From Octopus sinensis (Eukaryota): a DNA stretch of 64,000 bases. Positions 1 through 12,670 of this stretch are shown here, piece by piece (the first letter of the stretch is position 1; every line of letters starts with the position of its first letter). The notes beneath the pieces are model-generated. The model worked only from the letters and a program-made list of their open reading frames with translations. It ran no database searches and was not told the origin of the DNA. The DNA lies in NCBI RefSeq assembly GCF_006345805.1, contig NC_042997.1, positions 62,744,001 through 62,808,000 on the forward strand. Direction: 5' to 3'. The translations under genes were made by a program, and so were the position numbers.

Positions 1-600
1 AATGGTCAAAGCAAGGTATGTGAAACAAACTCACATATGAGTTGCATATTAAGAAATAAACTCTAAAATATAATGGGCATGTCAAGAAAGTGATCAAACT
101 TTCGTGAATACTACATAAGGATGACGGCTTGGGTTATACGATGTAGGTGGTAAGTTCAATAGGCTTTGGACGGGCTATGTTGAAAAGAAAGCTAGATCCA
201 TATTTTAGCAATAAGCTCTACATAAACTGACTTGGTATTGTGAGAGAACCTACATATCTTATGATCTAATACTTAGACAGGTATCTGAGTTAGTTTTCAT
301 TTGAGAGGACAAACCTTGTCGTAGCCATAAGTCCAAATGAGCTAACGTCAATGCACCATATTGACGACCAGTTACATAATACCCACACCAATACTCTCTG
401 TGTCTTTCTCTTTGGATTTCTGTTCGCAGCCTCTGCTGTTAACCGTAAACCATAAAATAATATTTTCAGCTTATCGAACTTCGATATTGGAAAACTAGAC
501 AACCTTCTACGTCAATAAATCACTATTGCTCCTGAAAGTTGTTAATTATACCTTCAACGGACTGCTCCGAGATTACTATCTTCCTACACCTTGATCCTTG
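1..600 (-). mobile_element. Decayed Penelope-like element fragment (RT thumb to GIY-YIG linker), Penelope/Poseidon-like
   Basis: Minus-strand translation across stops gives FIDVEG (FLDV-like), RVLVWVLCNWSS, then RYVGSLS..LCRAYC*NMDLAFFST*PVQSLL..PYVV. This parallels the PLE pattern LPYIG..KRYC.NIDIKLVFS.FKIK..VVYKF. Confidence 0.45.
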
Positions 601-742
601 GATTTTACCATTACTTATTACTACATATATGTATGTATACACACACACGCACACACACACACACACCCACCCACAAACATATATAGATCTTATCTTTACT
701 TATTACTGTATATATATATAAATATATATATAATACGTATGC

Positions 743-783
<41 letters not shown>

Positions 784-810
784 TATATGTATATTCTTTT
801 AATATTTTAC

Positions 811-910
811 TTATTTCAGTCATTTGACTGTGGACATACCGGAGCACCGCCTTTAGTCGAACAAATCGACCTCAGGACTTACCCTTTGTAAGCCTGGTAC
901 TTATTCTATC
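811..910 (-). mobile_element. 3' tail fragment of CORE-type tRNA SINE
   Basis: tttcagtcatttgactg..ggagcaccgcctttagtcgaacaaatcgacc is the reverse complement of the tail of the full copy at 49394-49845. Confidence 0.75.
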
Positions 911-919
911 GCTAAATTT

Positions 920-1320
920 CGGGGACACAGGAAAGTTATGGTAATAACTAATTATAAGACCTCAGATTCAACTAACTTTCTTCTCATCTATCCTACAACT
1001 GATTTATTGAACTTTGAACCTAATTACTACTTCCTGTCCTGCAAACATGCTGAATTAAACCACACAACACATGCTCTTAATCCCTTTGGATCTTAATACC
1101 TCAAGGTAATTTTTTCGTGAACAATCATAAAACTCAAGATACACAACGAACTCACAATGTATCGGAGTACTTATTTTTTAATTTTTGTACATTTTTATCA
1201 TTATTCTTTTGCAAAAAACAATGCAATTTTCTTTTTTTCCCCTTTCTAATTTTTAAAAAAACGTTTTAAAACATAAATATTCTTGACAAGTCATACAATG
1301 ACGAAAACCGGTTGAATAAA
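920..1320 (+). mobile_element. Probable PLE 3' end with a decayed hammerhead motif
   Basis: Translation LLIYPTTDLLNF..FLSCKH resembles the PLE C-terminal LLN..EL.S.CRH motif. A degenerate hammerhead follows at 1278-1318: TATTC TTGACAA GTCA-tacaa-TGAC GAAA ACCGGTT GAATA. Confidence 0.35.
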
Positions 1321-1456
1321 TATATATTTATATATTTTATCAATTTCTCATTTTATTAAAATTTTCTTTCATTTGAGCATTCTGTATTTTTAAAAAAATT
1401 TTTCCTTACTTATCATTTCTCCACGTGCGGTCAACACAACCCCACCATTTATTGAT

Positions 1457-1568
1457 CTATATGTATATATATATGTATATATGTATATATGTATATGTAT
1501 ATATATATGTATGTATATATTTATGTATATGTATATATGTATATATGTGCGTGTATATATATATATAC

Positions 1569-1612
<44 letters not shown>

Positions 1613-1690
1613 ATTATATATGTGTGTGTATATATATGTGTATGTATATATATATGTGTGTGTATATATATATATATGTGTGTATATATG

Positions 1691-1778
<88 letters not shown>

Positions 1779-1780
1779 AA
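1457..1780. repeat. Compound (TA)n/(TG)n microsatellite
   Basis: Direct reading; explains the YI/CV ORFs at 1425-1809. Confidence 0.95.
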
Positions 1781-2074
1781 AGAATAAATATAAATATGAA
1801 TCAAGATAAAATATTTATGTAATCCTTACAATGTATTACTAAATGTTGTTAGGTAAACGTCTGCTGTTTCCTCTTATTTATATTTAATCTTATAATACTA
1901 AAGCAAAGAACATTTTTCTATATTCAGAAATGTTTCAGGAGCATACTACAGCATTTTCTAATTATGTATGTATGTTTGTATGTATGTATGTATGTATGTA
2001 TGTATGTATGTATGTATGTATGTATGTATGTATGTATGTATGTATGTATGTATGTATGTATGCATGCATGCATG

Positions 2075-2255
2075 CATGGATATGTATATATGTGCAGATA
2101 AGTATGTTTTCTGTATGTATTCTTATGCATAATATTACATATCTAAACATGCTCATATATATATTTAAATGGTAAATTTCTGGAAAACTTCACAGATTTT
2201 TACAGTTCCAGTTATGGATTGGATCTGTAGTCTTTGAATTTGCTTTCTCGTTTCT
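2075..2255 (-). mobile_element. 3' end of a CRE-like/RLE non-LTR retrotransposon
   Basis: Minus strand reads IQRLQIQSITGTVKICEVFQKFTI*, followed by a 3' UTR running into a (CATA)n tract. Confidence 0.6.
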
Positions 2256-2530
2256 GGAAACATGGGTGTTTCGTTCAACATCCTTAAACAACCCTTATTC
2301 AGGGACCTTTTGACCGGGGTGAGTTACTCGACCAGAAGAAAATTCTAACTAGGCCCCACCCGCAAGGTCATGCGCTGTTTATCTTGATATGAGATCACCA
2401 TGTCGCGCACATTTGGTTGTGATGCATGTGCCTGGTGTACCCATATCAGACAGGTAGTCATGATGGGTATACTGGGCTTCATATATTTTACCCCAGTGTC
2501 ACTTTGATGGCATGCACCGCTCTCTCACTC
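2253..2530 (+). mobile_element. (AAT)n-tailed non-coding interspersed repeat, 5'-truncated copy
   Basis: Closely similar to 3110-3385 and 46290-46563; ends ..ctctctcactc followed by (AAT)n. Confidence 0.85.
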
Positions 2531-2543
2531 AATAATAATGATG

Positions 2544-2607
<64 letters not shown>

Positions 2608-2618
2608 TTTCTACTATA

Positions 2619-2812
2619 GGCACAAGGCCTGAAATTAGGGAGAAGGGACTAGTCGGTTACATCGACCCCAGGTTTTACTCGTACTTAATTTATCGATCCC
2701 AAAATGATGAAAAGTAAATTCGACCTCGGCGGAATTTGAGCACAGAATATTGCGACTGGTGCAATACCGCTAAGCATTTTGGCCAATGCGCTAACGATTT
2801 TGCCAGCTCAGC
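2619..2812 (-). mobile_element. tRNA-derived SINE, family A (Meta-like central domain)
   Basis: Degenerate reverse complement of the family A copy at 62764-62998. Confidence 0.75.
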
Positions 2813-2822
2813 AGTCATAATG

Positions 2823-3385
2823 GCTATACGGGGATTCGTATATTTTACCCCAGTGTCACTTTGAGGACATGCACTGCTCTCTCAGTCAATAATAATAATA
2901 ATGATAATAATAATGATGATAATAATAGGGCTACAGCAAATATTCTGCTCAATACCACAGATTTGCTTGTCAGTTGTTTGACCTTAACCAGTTGAGCATG
3001 TCCCTTAGTGGCTGACGATATGTGCATCTCTGATCACGAGCAGAAGTAGTGGGGGAGCATCATAACCATGTGTTGAGAAGGATTCTTTGGGGTTTGAATA
3101 ATTCACCTCTGGAAACATGGGCGTTTCGTTCAACGTCCTTAAACAACCCTTATTCAGGGACCTTTTGAGTGGGATGGGTTACTCGATCTGAAGAAAATTC
3201 TAACTGGGCTCCACCTGCAAGGTCATGTGCTGTTTATCTTGATATGAGATCACCATGTCGCGCACATATGGTTGTGATGCATGTGCCTGGTGTACCCTTA
3301 TCAGACGGGTAGTCATGATGGGTATACTGGGCTTCGTATATTTTACCCCAGTGTCACTTTGATGGCATGCTCTGCTCGCTCACTC
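2823..3385 (+). mobile_element. (AAT)n-tailed repeat: short 3' stub (2823-2887) plus longer copy (2928-3385)
   Basis: Both pieces end in ctc(a/t)ctc followed by (AAT)n; the longer piece aligns by eye to 46108-46563. Confidence 0.85.
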
Positions 3386-3438
<53 letters not shown>

Positions 3439-3871
3439 TAATAATAATAATAATGATAATAATAATGATTGTATATGTATATGTACACATATGCATGCAT
3501 GCGTGCATACATACATACATACATACATACATACATACGACACTGATTTAGAAAGCCACAGTACTGCATTTGGAGTAAAAGAATAAATAATACGAGCAAA
3601 GATAAAAATATATATATGATACGTAAAGTGGATTATTAAAACTTTGAAGTAAACTTCTTCTAAATATCTTATCTTTCGCCAAATATATTTGCGTAGCATA
3701 ACAGGATATAAATGAAATCCTGTTTTGTTATTTTTATTCTGCAATGCTTCAAGCAACATTCTTTTTACACACGCACACACAGACGTGCTTTCGTGTGTGT
3801 GTATTTATTTGTACAAAATCTGTCAAATACATCCAAATATTTTAAAAATAATCTGATCCAATTTATACATA

Positions 3872-5862
3872 CAGGGTGTTCGGGTTACATTTGACAGTTT
3901 GCATAAAAGGAAAAGAAAATATAAAATTCCATCCAAAAATAAAAGTCATTCCATAAATAATGCACTCTTTTCAATTCCATGAACAAAAATTCGGAGGGGT
4001 ACGGGATAAGCTACTTGTATCAACTAGCTATAAAAGCAAGTAGTAATTTTACCTTGTATTTATTCTTAGTGCAAGTTTTGAAGAGTACAGTTCGATTTCA
4101 ACGGTTATTTTTTCAAAGCTATAATGGAAAGTGACAAAGGAGCATATTCGGCATATTTTGCTTTACGAGTTCAATAAAGGCAGCAATGCAACGGAAAGTG
4201 CGAGGAATATTAATGCAGTGTAAGAAGGTCGGACAATAAGCGTAAGTCAGTGTCAACGGTGGTTCCAGAAATTCTGAGCTACAAACTACAGCCTAGAAGA
4301 CGAGCCTCGTCCTAGAAGATCTGTAGAGCTCGACGAGGACGTTCTGCAAACTCTGGTAGAACAAAATCCCATCGTAACTGTTGAGGAACTAGCAGAGAAG
4401 CTTGGATTTGGTTATGCAACCATTCATCGACACCTGCGTGCCGTCGGAAAAGTCAGCAATTGAGTCAATGGGTTCCTCACAAACTCGCGCGCAGAGAGTG
4501 ATTATGTGCTCTTGTTTGCTTTCACGTCTCACGTATGAACCTTTTTGGGACCGAATAGTAACCAGAGGCGAGAAATGGGTTCTCTATGAAAATGTTAAGC
4601 ACCGAAGACAGCGGGTAGAGAAAAGAGAAACACCAGCACCCCAGGTTAAAGGTCTTCACCTACATAAGGTAATGTTATCTGTTTGGTGGGATATGAAAGG
4701 TTTAATCCACTTTCAACTTTTAAACCCAAACCAAACGATAACAAAGGCGATCTACTGCGAACAGCTTGAGCGGCTTAAGTCAGCACTAGAATAAAAACGA
4801 CCATCTTTGGTTTCAAGACGAAAGGTATTCTTTCATCAGGAAGATGACATTCTTTCATACAGCGAAGATGACATTCCAACGGCTGGAGCAGTTTGAATAG
4901 GAAACGATGCCCCACCCACCATACTCGCCGGACACTGCCCCATCTGATTATTATTTATTTCGCAGTTTTCAAAATAATTTGAACGAAAAAAATATGAATT
5001 CTGTAGACTAGGTCAGTACAGTACTGGAAGAGTATTTTTGGTCACGGAAGAGCATTTTAGAAAATAAAAGAGAGTATATTTTAGATTAAAAAAGAGCTTT
5101 GTTTATCTTAATTTTGAAAAATAAACGAAGTATAAAAAACCGCATTATTTATGGGATGACCCAATAGTTTGTTCAAAAGTAGCCATCGTCAGCTTTTACC
5201 GCGGGCTCAAGACGGCTCTAGAACCTGGTATATGTGTTTCTCATTGTGCCATTGAGAAGATCTTCGAATACCTCCTTGATCTTGGCCACCAGCTCGGCCT
5301 TGATGTTGCAGGCAGAGTGGTTGGTGTCTTTCTCAACGCATAGTAACTCATGGGATTACAATCGGGGGAATTAAGAGGCCAGAGATTGTGGCTGATGAAG
5401 ATCTAAAATTGCTCTGACAACCAGTTCTGACTCTTTCTGGGGGTATCACAAGAATCCAAATCCCGCTGCCACCTAGATGTCCTTCCAGTGGCAACCCTCT
5501 TCAACCAGATATTGACCACTGTCTCCAGCAGCTTCACATAGATGTCTAAGTTAAGATTACAGACCTGCTCAAAGATGAGGGGTGTGCGGACGCAGTAAGA
5601 ACGCTTGCTGCGTCTCTTCCTGATGGTCACGGATTCGTAGTCTCCGTTGCAGCTGTACATATCACGTCTTACAGCCTTTACAGTTTTCACAAAGCATTGA
5701 GCAGTAGTTATGAAGCTAGCATTTTGATACTCGGTGCGAATCATCATGATAAAGGTAACTGTTTTCCAATATTCTAATGGCTTCCAGTTCGACACACAAG
5801 CGAACTTTTTCTCAACGAAAACTTTAATAATCTTCAACGCCATTGACCGTTCACCAATACAT
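3872..5862 (-). mobile_element. maT (DD37D)-type Tc1/mariner element, internally deleted and interrupted by a mariner
   Basis: Minus translation WQRD-LDSCDTPRKSQNWLSEQF*IFISHNLWPLNSPDCNPM-S has 37 residues between the second D and the third catalytic position. C-terminus is AELVAKIKEVFEDL..RF*SRLEPAVKADDGYF. Terminus TA|CAGGGTG at 3870-3878. Confidence 0.8.
3944..5164 (+). mobile_element. Mariner (DD34D) element with pseudogenised transposase
   Basis: ATG near 4123 gives MESD..HIRHILLYEFNKGSNATESARNINAV; later DRIVTRGEKWVLYENVK, KVMLSVWWDMKG and PHPPYSPDTAPSDYYLF. TIR gtcattccataaataatgc (~3945) matches gcattatttatgggatgacccaa|TA (~5142-5166). Multiple stops and frameshifts. Confidence 0.9.
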
Positions 5863-6429
5863 TAGGCTGTTCCTAAAAAAAAAAAAAATGGAGACATAAA
5901 AAAAAATCGCCAAATTTAGCCCGAACGGCAAAGAATATCTTTAACTGATTAACAACCGCTGTGAAGGAAGAGAAAAATACAAAGTAGTAACAGCAACTAT
6001 TAATAATAATAACAACTGCAATAACTACAATAAATATCAACGTTTTTGTATTTGGTAAGCGAAATTCTTGATGTAAACTCATGCGTTCAAACATATTTTG
6101 TTGCATCTCGAGCGGACCTTTGTCAGTAATAAATAGAACCTCCCGTGATGTTACAAATTAAATTACTAACTAATTTAAATCATAATGGGAGAAGGTCCAA
6201 AGTTAAAAATGATTAAAATCATTCACACAAATAAAACAAAAAAGAATGAAGAAAAAGGCATCGGAGGGGCGATGCATAGCCTACGTGCACATAAGGATAA
6301 AATAAAATTTAATTTAATAAATATACTCTCAGGCGAATTCATATTTCAGCAAAATGACATCAAGAGTTATTCTCCCTGCTGATCGTTCATGCAAATGTAA
6401 CAAAAAACAAAAACAAAAAAACAAAAAAC

Positions 6430-6610
6430 AAACCATTTTGATTCACCCGTCTGCCAAAATTTAATGAGTTCGAGCCACTCACCTCATGAGTATTTCTGCC
6501 AAATTTGGTGAAAATCCGTTCAGCCGTTTTCCAGTAGTTTTGTAAACTTACAGACAAAGACAAGCTATGCGATTATAATACCCAGCTTTCGCTTACGCGC
6601 GCAGGGTAAG
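6430..6610 (+). mobile_element. Possible Helentron/DINE-like non-autonomous 3' end
   Basis: Contains aaatttggtgaaaatccgttcagccgtttt..acagacaaagac and a terminal GC hairpin-like tataatacccagc..gcgcagggtaa. Confidence 0.4.
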
Positions 6611-8029
6611 AAAAAAAAGAAATTGCTTATAAAAGAATTGCTTTATTGATCAAACTAGCAGTAGCTACCATGATCCATGATGAGTTAAGAAAAATAACAA
6701 ATACTAACAAAGGAAATAATGAACAGAAAGAAAACCTGTTGAGCCAGTAACTGCTTTTCAGTTGATATCTTGGAATTGTGTCACTCTTCTGTAATGTAAT
6801 TATTCTAGATTTATCCAATGGATTTCTTCCTTTCTCGAGATGGTAGAGTGTGATATAAGACCACACCAAGGCTCTCTCATTGGCTCTGTTAAGGGTGGTA
6901 GAATTGCAAAAACGGTATTTCATTATATCATTTTGCTTTCTGAATTCAAGTACTACACAGCTAACTTGAAGTTAGATATCACTGCAAAGTAATATTATGA
7001 AAAGATGAAAAGGTCATTGAGTATCTTTTGATGACACTGAGATATAATAGAAATATCAAAATTCACTTAAAGCAAAAGCTAATAGATAGATAAATAAAAT
7101 AAATAATGATACGTACGTCTCTAAGCCCATAACTAAAGTGGGATATACTTGAACAATGAATTCGTTCTGATTTTGCCTTTGATATATTGATTCACAGAAT
7201 TTATCTTATGCTTGACTGTTAAACTATATCATGGTAATAATTATTAAAAAAACATTTCACTGTTTGAGATATTCTGTTTTTGATATTACTAGCTCGTTAT
7301 GTAATACACAAAGCATTACTTTTACTTTTGTATACTAAGTTTTGGATCCTAGCTTCGATCCCTTGTATTGATTATATTTCACAGGCGTAGGGATTATAAG
7401 TGAAGAAAAATGGTTTGCTTATAAAATATACTTCTGTGATAAATTTGCGAAGGGAATTAAATTTGATATAAAAAAACAAAGTCATTAGTAGTGTCCCAAA
7501 TTAATATTTGCTTTTAAATGATTGATATTACTTTCTTTTACATTAATTTTTTCTTTTTTTTAACTTACAATTAGATAACATCTGCTCTCACTTTTTGGAA
7601 TGAGAGTGTATTATAACCAGTAGATTTATTTCTAAAATATTACTGATTCTTATTTTATCAATAAATAGAAGAAGATTGGTATTGTAAGATATTTCAGAAT
7701 ACTTCAATTTTTCTTCTAGAAAACTTGACTTCTACAGCCACTTTATTACGACCCTTTCACGCGATATTATAGTCATATGCCACTTAAAATATTGAGCCAT
7801 TATCACTTACAAAACATTTATCAAGTATTTCATAGGTAAGCCATACAAAGCATAGCGCAGGGAAACTGACACTGTTGCTATGCTAACTTATAAAACCATA
7901 TCTTATTGTTAGCTGTTTTAATCTATGGTTTACTAGTGGTCAAGTATCACCTCATTTAATATGAAAGTTGTTCCATTTCCTGTTGTAGAACATTTCATTT
8001 TGATTTCCTTTGCGAAGGATATATATATA

Positions 8030-8460
8030 TATATATATAATACAAAATGGGACAAGAACGCAAAACATCCGTACGGTTAGGTGATACAAAAGTGGAACAA
8101 CAAAACAACCAAATAGACAATACAAAGAAAACAAGGACGAGTCATTCGAAGCTTTCTTTCCTCAGTCGAGTACCAGATTATCTTCGCAATTTTGGTTGAT
8201 TATACTCGAGATTGCTCCAATCTGGCCAGCCCCAAGGAAAAACTAAGCTAAGGGCATTAGATTCCTTGAAAGAAAGCAGCAATGTATACAAAAACAAGGA
8301 CGGAAAAAACGGACAATATTACACAAATACAATAAAAATAATATCAGGACACAACAACAGGTGTCTTTCGACTAAGGGCGAATTAAATTAAGCTGGCGTG
8401 TGTGAAAATGAAGCCTTACGGGAGAGATACAAGGTTTCACAGGCACAGGGAGGAATATCG
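8030..8460. repeat. (TA)n-flanked interspersed repeat, probably PLE-terminal
   Basis: Non-coding; minus strand carries a hammerhead-like remnant CTGAGGA-AAG aaag CTT-CGAA at ~8139-8166. Confidence 0.35.
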
Positions 8461-8516
8461 ATGTCGCAGCATGTTTTGTATATCAATATTATTATTATAC
8501 TTTTCAAGTTAATTAT

Positions 8517-8650
8517 ATCCTCTGACGAGGCCTATGGTTCTTTTAACTTATAAGTATAATTTTTAATGCCTAAAAACATAATATACTGACATATTTAGGT
8601 AATATAAGTTGGATTGACTCTTGACCATAGGCTGAAACAGCTGTAGGGAG
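8517..8650 (+). ncRNA. Type I hammerhead ribozyme motif, intact core
   Basis: Helix I TCCT/GGGA. Core CTGACGA at 8522-8528. Helix II GGCCTATGGTT/GACCATAGGCT (11 bp, ~83-nt insert). GAAA at 8634-8637. Helix III AC-AGCT-GT with cleavage triplet GTA at 8643-8645. Confidence 0.75.
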
Positions 8651-8871
8651 TAATTTATGAATTTCAACAATTTATAATATGACTATTAAGATATGTATGT
8701 GTATTATTTTTATTATTATATTACCTATTGATTTATATAATGTTTTGTTTGATTTTGATGTTCCCATTTGTAAAATTAATAAATAATGTAAAATTGTAAT
8801 ATCTGTAAGTTGATGAATGAGATGTATTTGTTTCTCCATTTCCTTATTTGTATTATATATATATATATATA

Positions 8872-9261
8872 TGTCGTCACTAAAGAGCGACGAATGTGCA
8901 GGGAGCAACAGTATTGCTAGAAATAAGAGTCAAAGACTCTTTAGCCACAAAAGCACGTTCTATTTACTGATAATTTTCACGTTATCATTTCGCGGAATCA
9001 GCCACTGATTACTATAGTAAATTCTATAAATACTGACAAGATAAATTTCAGCTTCACCACACGCAATGGAGTAAGCAATATTGATGACCATTAATTTCCA
9101 TGCGAAATTGGCATGCCAATCTATTGCTCTCCCCTGCAGCGGGGAGGTTGTCTCCCTTGTCAGTAAATAGAACATGTACTTTTGTGGCTGAAGAGTCTTT
9201 GGCTCAAATTTCCAACAGTGCTGCTACTCCCTGCACCCTTCGTCACTTTTTAGTGACAGTG
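8872..9261. mobile_element. MITE with ~100-bp imperfect TIRs
   Basis: 8872-8973 is the approximate reverse complement of 9157-9261; TA at the right flank and (TA)n at the left flank. Confidence 0.75.
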
Positions 9262-9300
9262 TATTATTTCCATTTTGGTTTTGAATTGCGTATAGCTATC

Positions 9301-9391
<91 letters not shown>

Positions 9392-9406
9392 TATACATAC
9401 ATACAT

Positions 9407-9477
<71 letters not shown>

Positions 9478-9576
9478 GTATACATACATATATATAAATA
9501 AAGAAAACAGAAAATGGTGAAATGTTGATGAACAACATCAATTATTATTTATTAATTCAATACAAATAGACTGCAT

Positions 9577-9695
9577 CCCATCTAACTGCTGTTTCCGCTT
9601 CCAATGTTGCATGGTATTTCCATTCATATGCTAAAATATATTTAACATATTTGGTAATAAAACCGATCTATAACATGGAGCTTCATCAGAGTGAG
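9577..9695 (-). ncRNA. Type I hammerhead motif, left arm copy
   Basis: Minus strand: CTCACT CTGATGA agctccatgtt...aacattggaagcg GAAA C-AGCA-GTT AGATGGG. Confidence 0.55.
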
Positions 9696-10352
9696 GAATA
9701 AATAAAGAAGAGCCTAGATAAGAAAAAGGAAGAGTTGAATATGGTTGTAATCATACCATTTGCCTTGTGTATCTCTTAGGGGCGTGAAGTAAATGACTAA
9801 ACTTAAAATAGTAATTGGTGGATTAATCCTTTGTACGTGGGGGATAGGATGGATAAATAATAAAAAGATAAAAAATAATAGTGTGAAACGCCAATAGGTT
9901 TTAGTCGGAGAGGGGGTGAATATACAATGAGGTATTAGATTAATCATAATAATTCATAATTATGTTTATAGTACTAATTAATAGTATTTTTCATAATAAA
10001 ATGCTAATCGATTAAACGTAATCTTTAAATTCATTTACCAGTAGGTGTTTAAACCCTTCCACCTGTTGTTCGAAGTGAGATAGGCCAAGGTCCATCGTTC
10101 GATCTAATTGTTCAGTTGAAATTTAAAGACAAAAGACCAGCTATTGATATCGCTATACGGAGTAAGATAAATAAATAAATGAATGGGAAAATGGCATATG
10201 TTGTAAGCGCAGTAAAACGCTTAGGACAGTATATACGAGATTAAAGAAATAAATAAATAGCTGGTGTTGAGTTTCTGTGTGTATGCCGTTAATGTAATAC
10301 TGTACTGATTTTGGACTTTGTATGGTTGCGTTTAGAAATATAAACAAACTAA

Positions 10353-10386
<34 letters not shown>

Positions 10387-10467
10387 ACACACACACACAC
10401 ACACGAAAATATACTCATTTGTTTTGAAGTTTGTGCCGTTGTATTAAATATACCCATCCACCTGCTA

Positions 10468-10580
10468 TGGAAAATGAATCACACAGAAGGCGACGGTTGG
10501 CCAGAGAGAGGCTAAGGCGAAGAACAACCAGTTTCACTCAGGAAGAACTGGACGCAAAAAGATTAAATATACATTGAGGT
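10468..10580 (+). mobile_element. Possible Helitron N-terminal coiled fragment
   Basis: Short ORF MENESHRRRRLARERLRRRTTSFTQEELDAKRLNIH*; resemblance to Helitron RepHel N-terminal repeats only. Confidence 0.25.
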
Positions 10581-11389
10581 TATTAAATCAATTACAAGAA
10601 GTGAGACAAGAGAGACGAGCACAAACCTTTAATATGAACATTTTTTCATTGATGCACAATTGGCATTTCTTATATTTCCCTAATTTTCCTACGGAATAAA
10701 TTCTTTTTATTGCTTTTACTAATTTCACATTCCTATTTAAAACTAAAAACAAACTTTTGGGTCATTTTCACCCTCAAACGTCTTACTTCCCAAATGTCCG
10801 AATAGGTTTCTCTCTTAATATTTATTCCATAATATTTATTTCTTTAATCTCGTATATACTGTCCTGAGCGTTTTACGGCCGCTTACAACATACACCATTT
10901 TCCCATTCATTTATTTATCTTACTCCGTATAACGATCTCAATAGCCGGTCTTTTGTCTTTAAATTTCAACTGAACAATTATATCGAACGATGGACCTTGG
11001 CCTATCTCACTTCGAACAACAGGTGGAAGGGTTTAAACACCTACTAGTAAATTAATTTAAAAATTACGTTTAATCGATTAGCATTTTATTATGAAAAATA
11101 CTATTAATTAGTACTATAAACATAATTATGAATTATTATGATTAATCTAATACCTCATTGTATCTTCACCCCCTCTCCGACTAAAACCTATTGGCGTTTC
11201 ACACTATTATTTTTTATCTTTTTATTATTTATCCATCCTATCCCCCACGTACAAAGGATTAATCCACCAATTACTATTTTAAGTCTAGTCATTTACTTCA
11301 CGTCCCTAAGAGATACACAAGGAAAATGGTATGATTACAACCATTTTCAGCTTTTCCTTTTTCTTATCTAGGCTCTTCTTTATTTATTC

Positions 11390-11508
11390 CTCACTCTGAT
11401 GAAGCTCCTTGTTATAGATCGGTTTTATTACCAAATATGTTAAATACCTTTTAGCATATGAATGGAAATACCATACAACATCGGAAGCAGAAACAGCTGT
11501 TAGATGAG
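11390..11508 (+). ncRNA. Type I hammerhead motif, right arm copy
   Basis: Helix I CTCACT/AG(A)TGAG. Core CTGATGA at 11396-11402. 87-nt helix II region. GAAA at 11490-11493, then C-AGCT-G and triplet GTT. Confidence 0.65.
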
Positions 11509-11666
11509 TTTTACATTGAAGGGATTAAGAAATTTGTAAATAGATGGAAGGAAGTCATAGATAATCAAGGAAAGTATATTGATGATTAAATTTCAATTAA
11601 ATATAACATTTGATCACTTATTTTCTTTATTCAAAATTCGGACAGAACTTAAGGGATGATCTGATA
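11509..11666 (+). mobile_element. Mariner 3' end fragment
   Basis: FYIEGIKKFVNRWKEVIDNQGKYIDD* followed by TIR-like cggacagaacttaagggatgatctgata. Confidence 0.8.
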
Positions 11667-11794
11667 CATGCATACATACATACATACATACATACATAAT
11701 ACATACATACATACATACATACATACATACATACATACATACATACACACGTACGTACATACGTACATACACACACACACACATATATATATAT

Positions 11795-11875
<81 letters not shown>

Positions 11876-12155
11876 TTGTTTACATGTATGAGATCGCAGG
11901 AGAAACTATGAACATTTGTAATTCATGAATTCTGTGGTCCTGATCAATAATTTTTCATAGTTTTGCTTACACAGTTACCCTTCAATATTTTCATAAATTT
12001 TCTCCTTTAATTTCTCGTTGTTTTTAATCGTTGTTGAAGTAGCGTGCTATCATGTTAGACCGTTCTCAGTCGAATCAATTCCTTTCAGGCAAACGTTTTC
12101 ATAAGATATTTTGTGTTTTGCCATCATTGATTATAGTTACTTATACACACCTTCC

Positions 12156-12157
<2 letters not shown>

Positions 12158-12236
<79 letters not shown>

Positions 12237-12244
12237 TACTATTA

Positions 12245-12295
<51 letters not shown>

Positions 12296-12298
12296 TAC

Positions 12299-12347
<49 letters not shown>

Positions 12348-12365
12348 GTTATTGTTGTTGTTGTT
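12158..12365. repeat. (ATT)n microsatellite
   Basis: Direct reading. Confidence 0.95.
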
Positions 12366-12581
12366 TAATGTACTGTTTACTTTGAGGGCACATGTACTCT
12401 ATTCAAGCAACATCTTTCCCTTCTATTGACAATATTTTTGAGAAGCTCACGTATTGACGATTTATTGTTGGACGCCCTTCGATTTTTCTACATTATCTTA
12501 CTGCGTTACTGCTTCCATAGAGTCTACTATAAGATGGACAGTTTTTGTAGATTCATACGTTACACACACACACACACACAC

Positions 12582-12670
<89 letters not shown>

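Larger units (their letters stand above)
9577..11508. repeat. Large inverted repeat (arms 9577-10255 and 10833-11508), PLE pLTR-like
   Basis: The arms are reverse complements; the ORF track shows near-identical peptides at 9714..9947(-) and 11138..11371(+). The spacer is ~577 bp. Confidence 0.92.

Noticed and set aside
6627-6923. 98-aa minus-strand ORF with a hydrophobic C-terminus
   Set aside because: No recognisable motif, no convincing splice context, and the length is compatible with chance.
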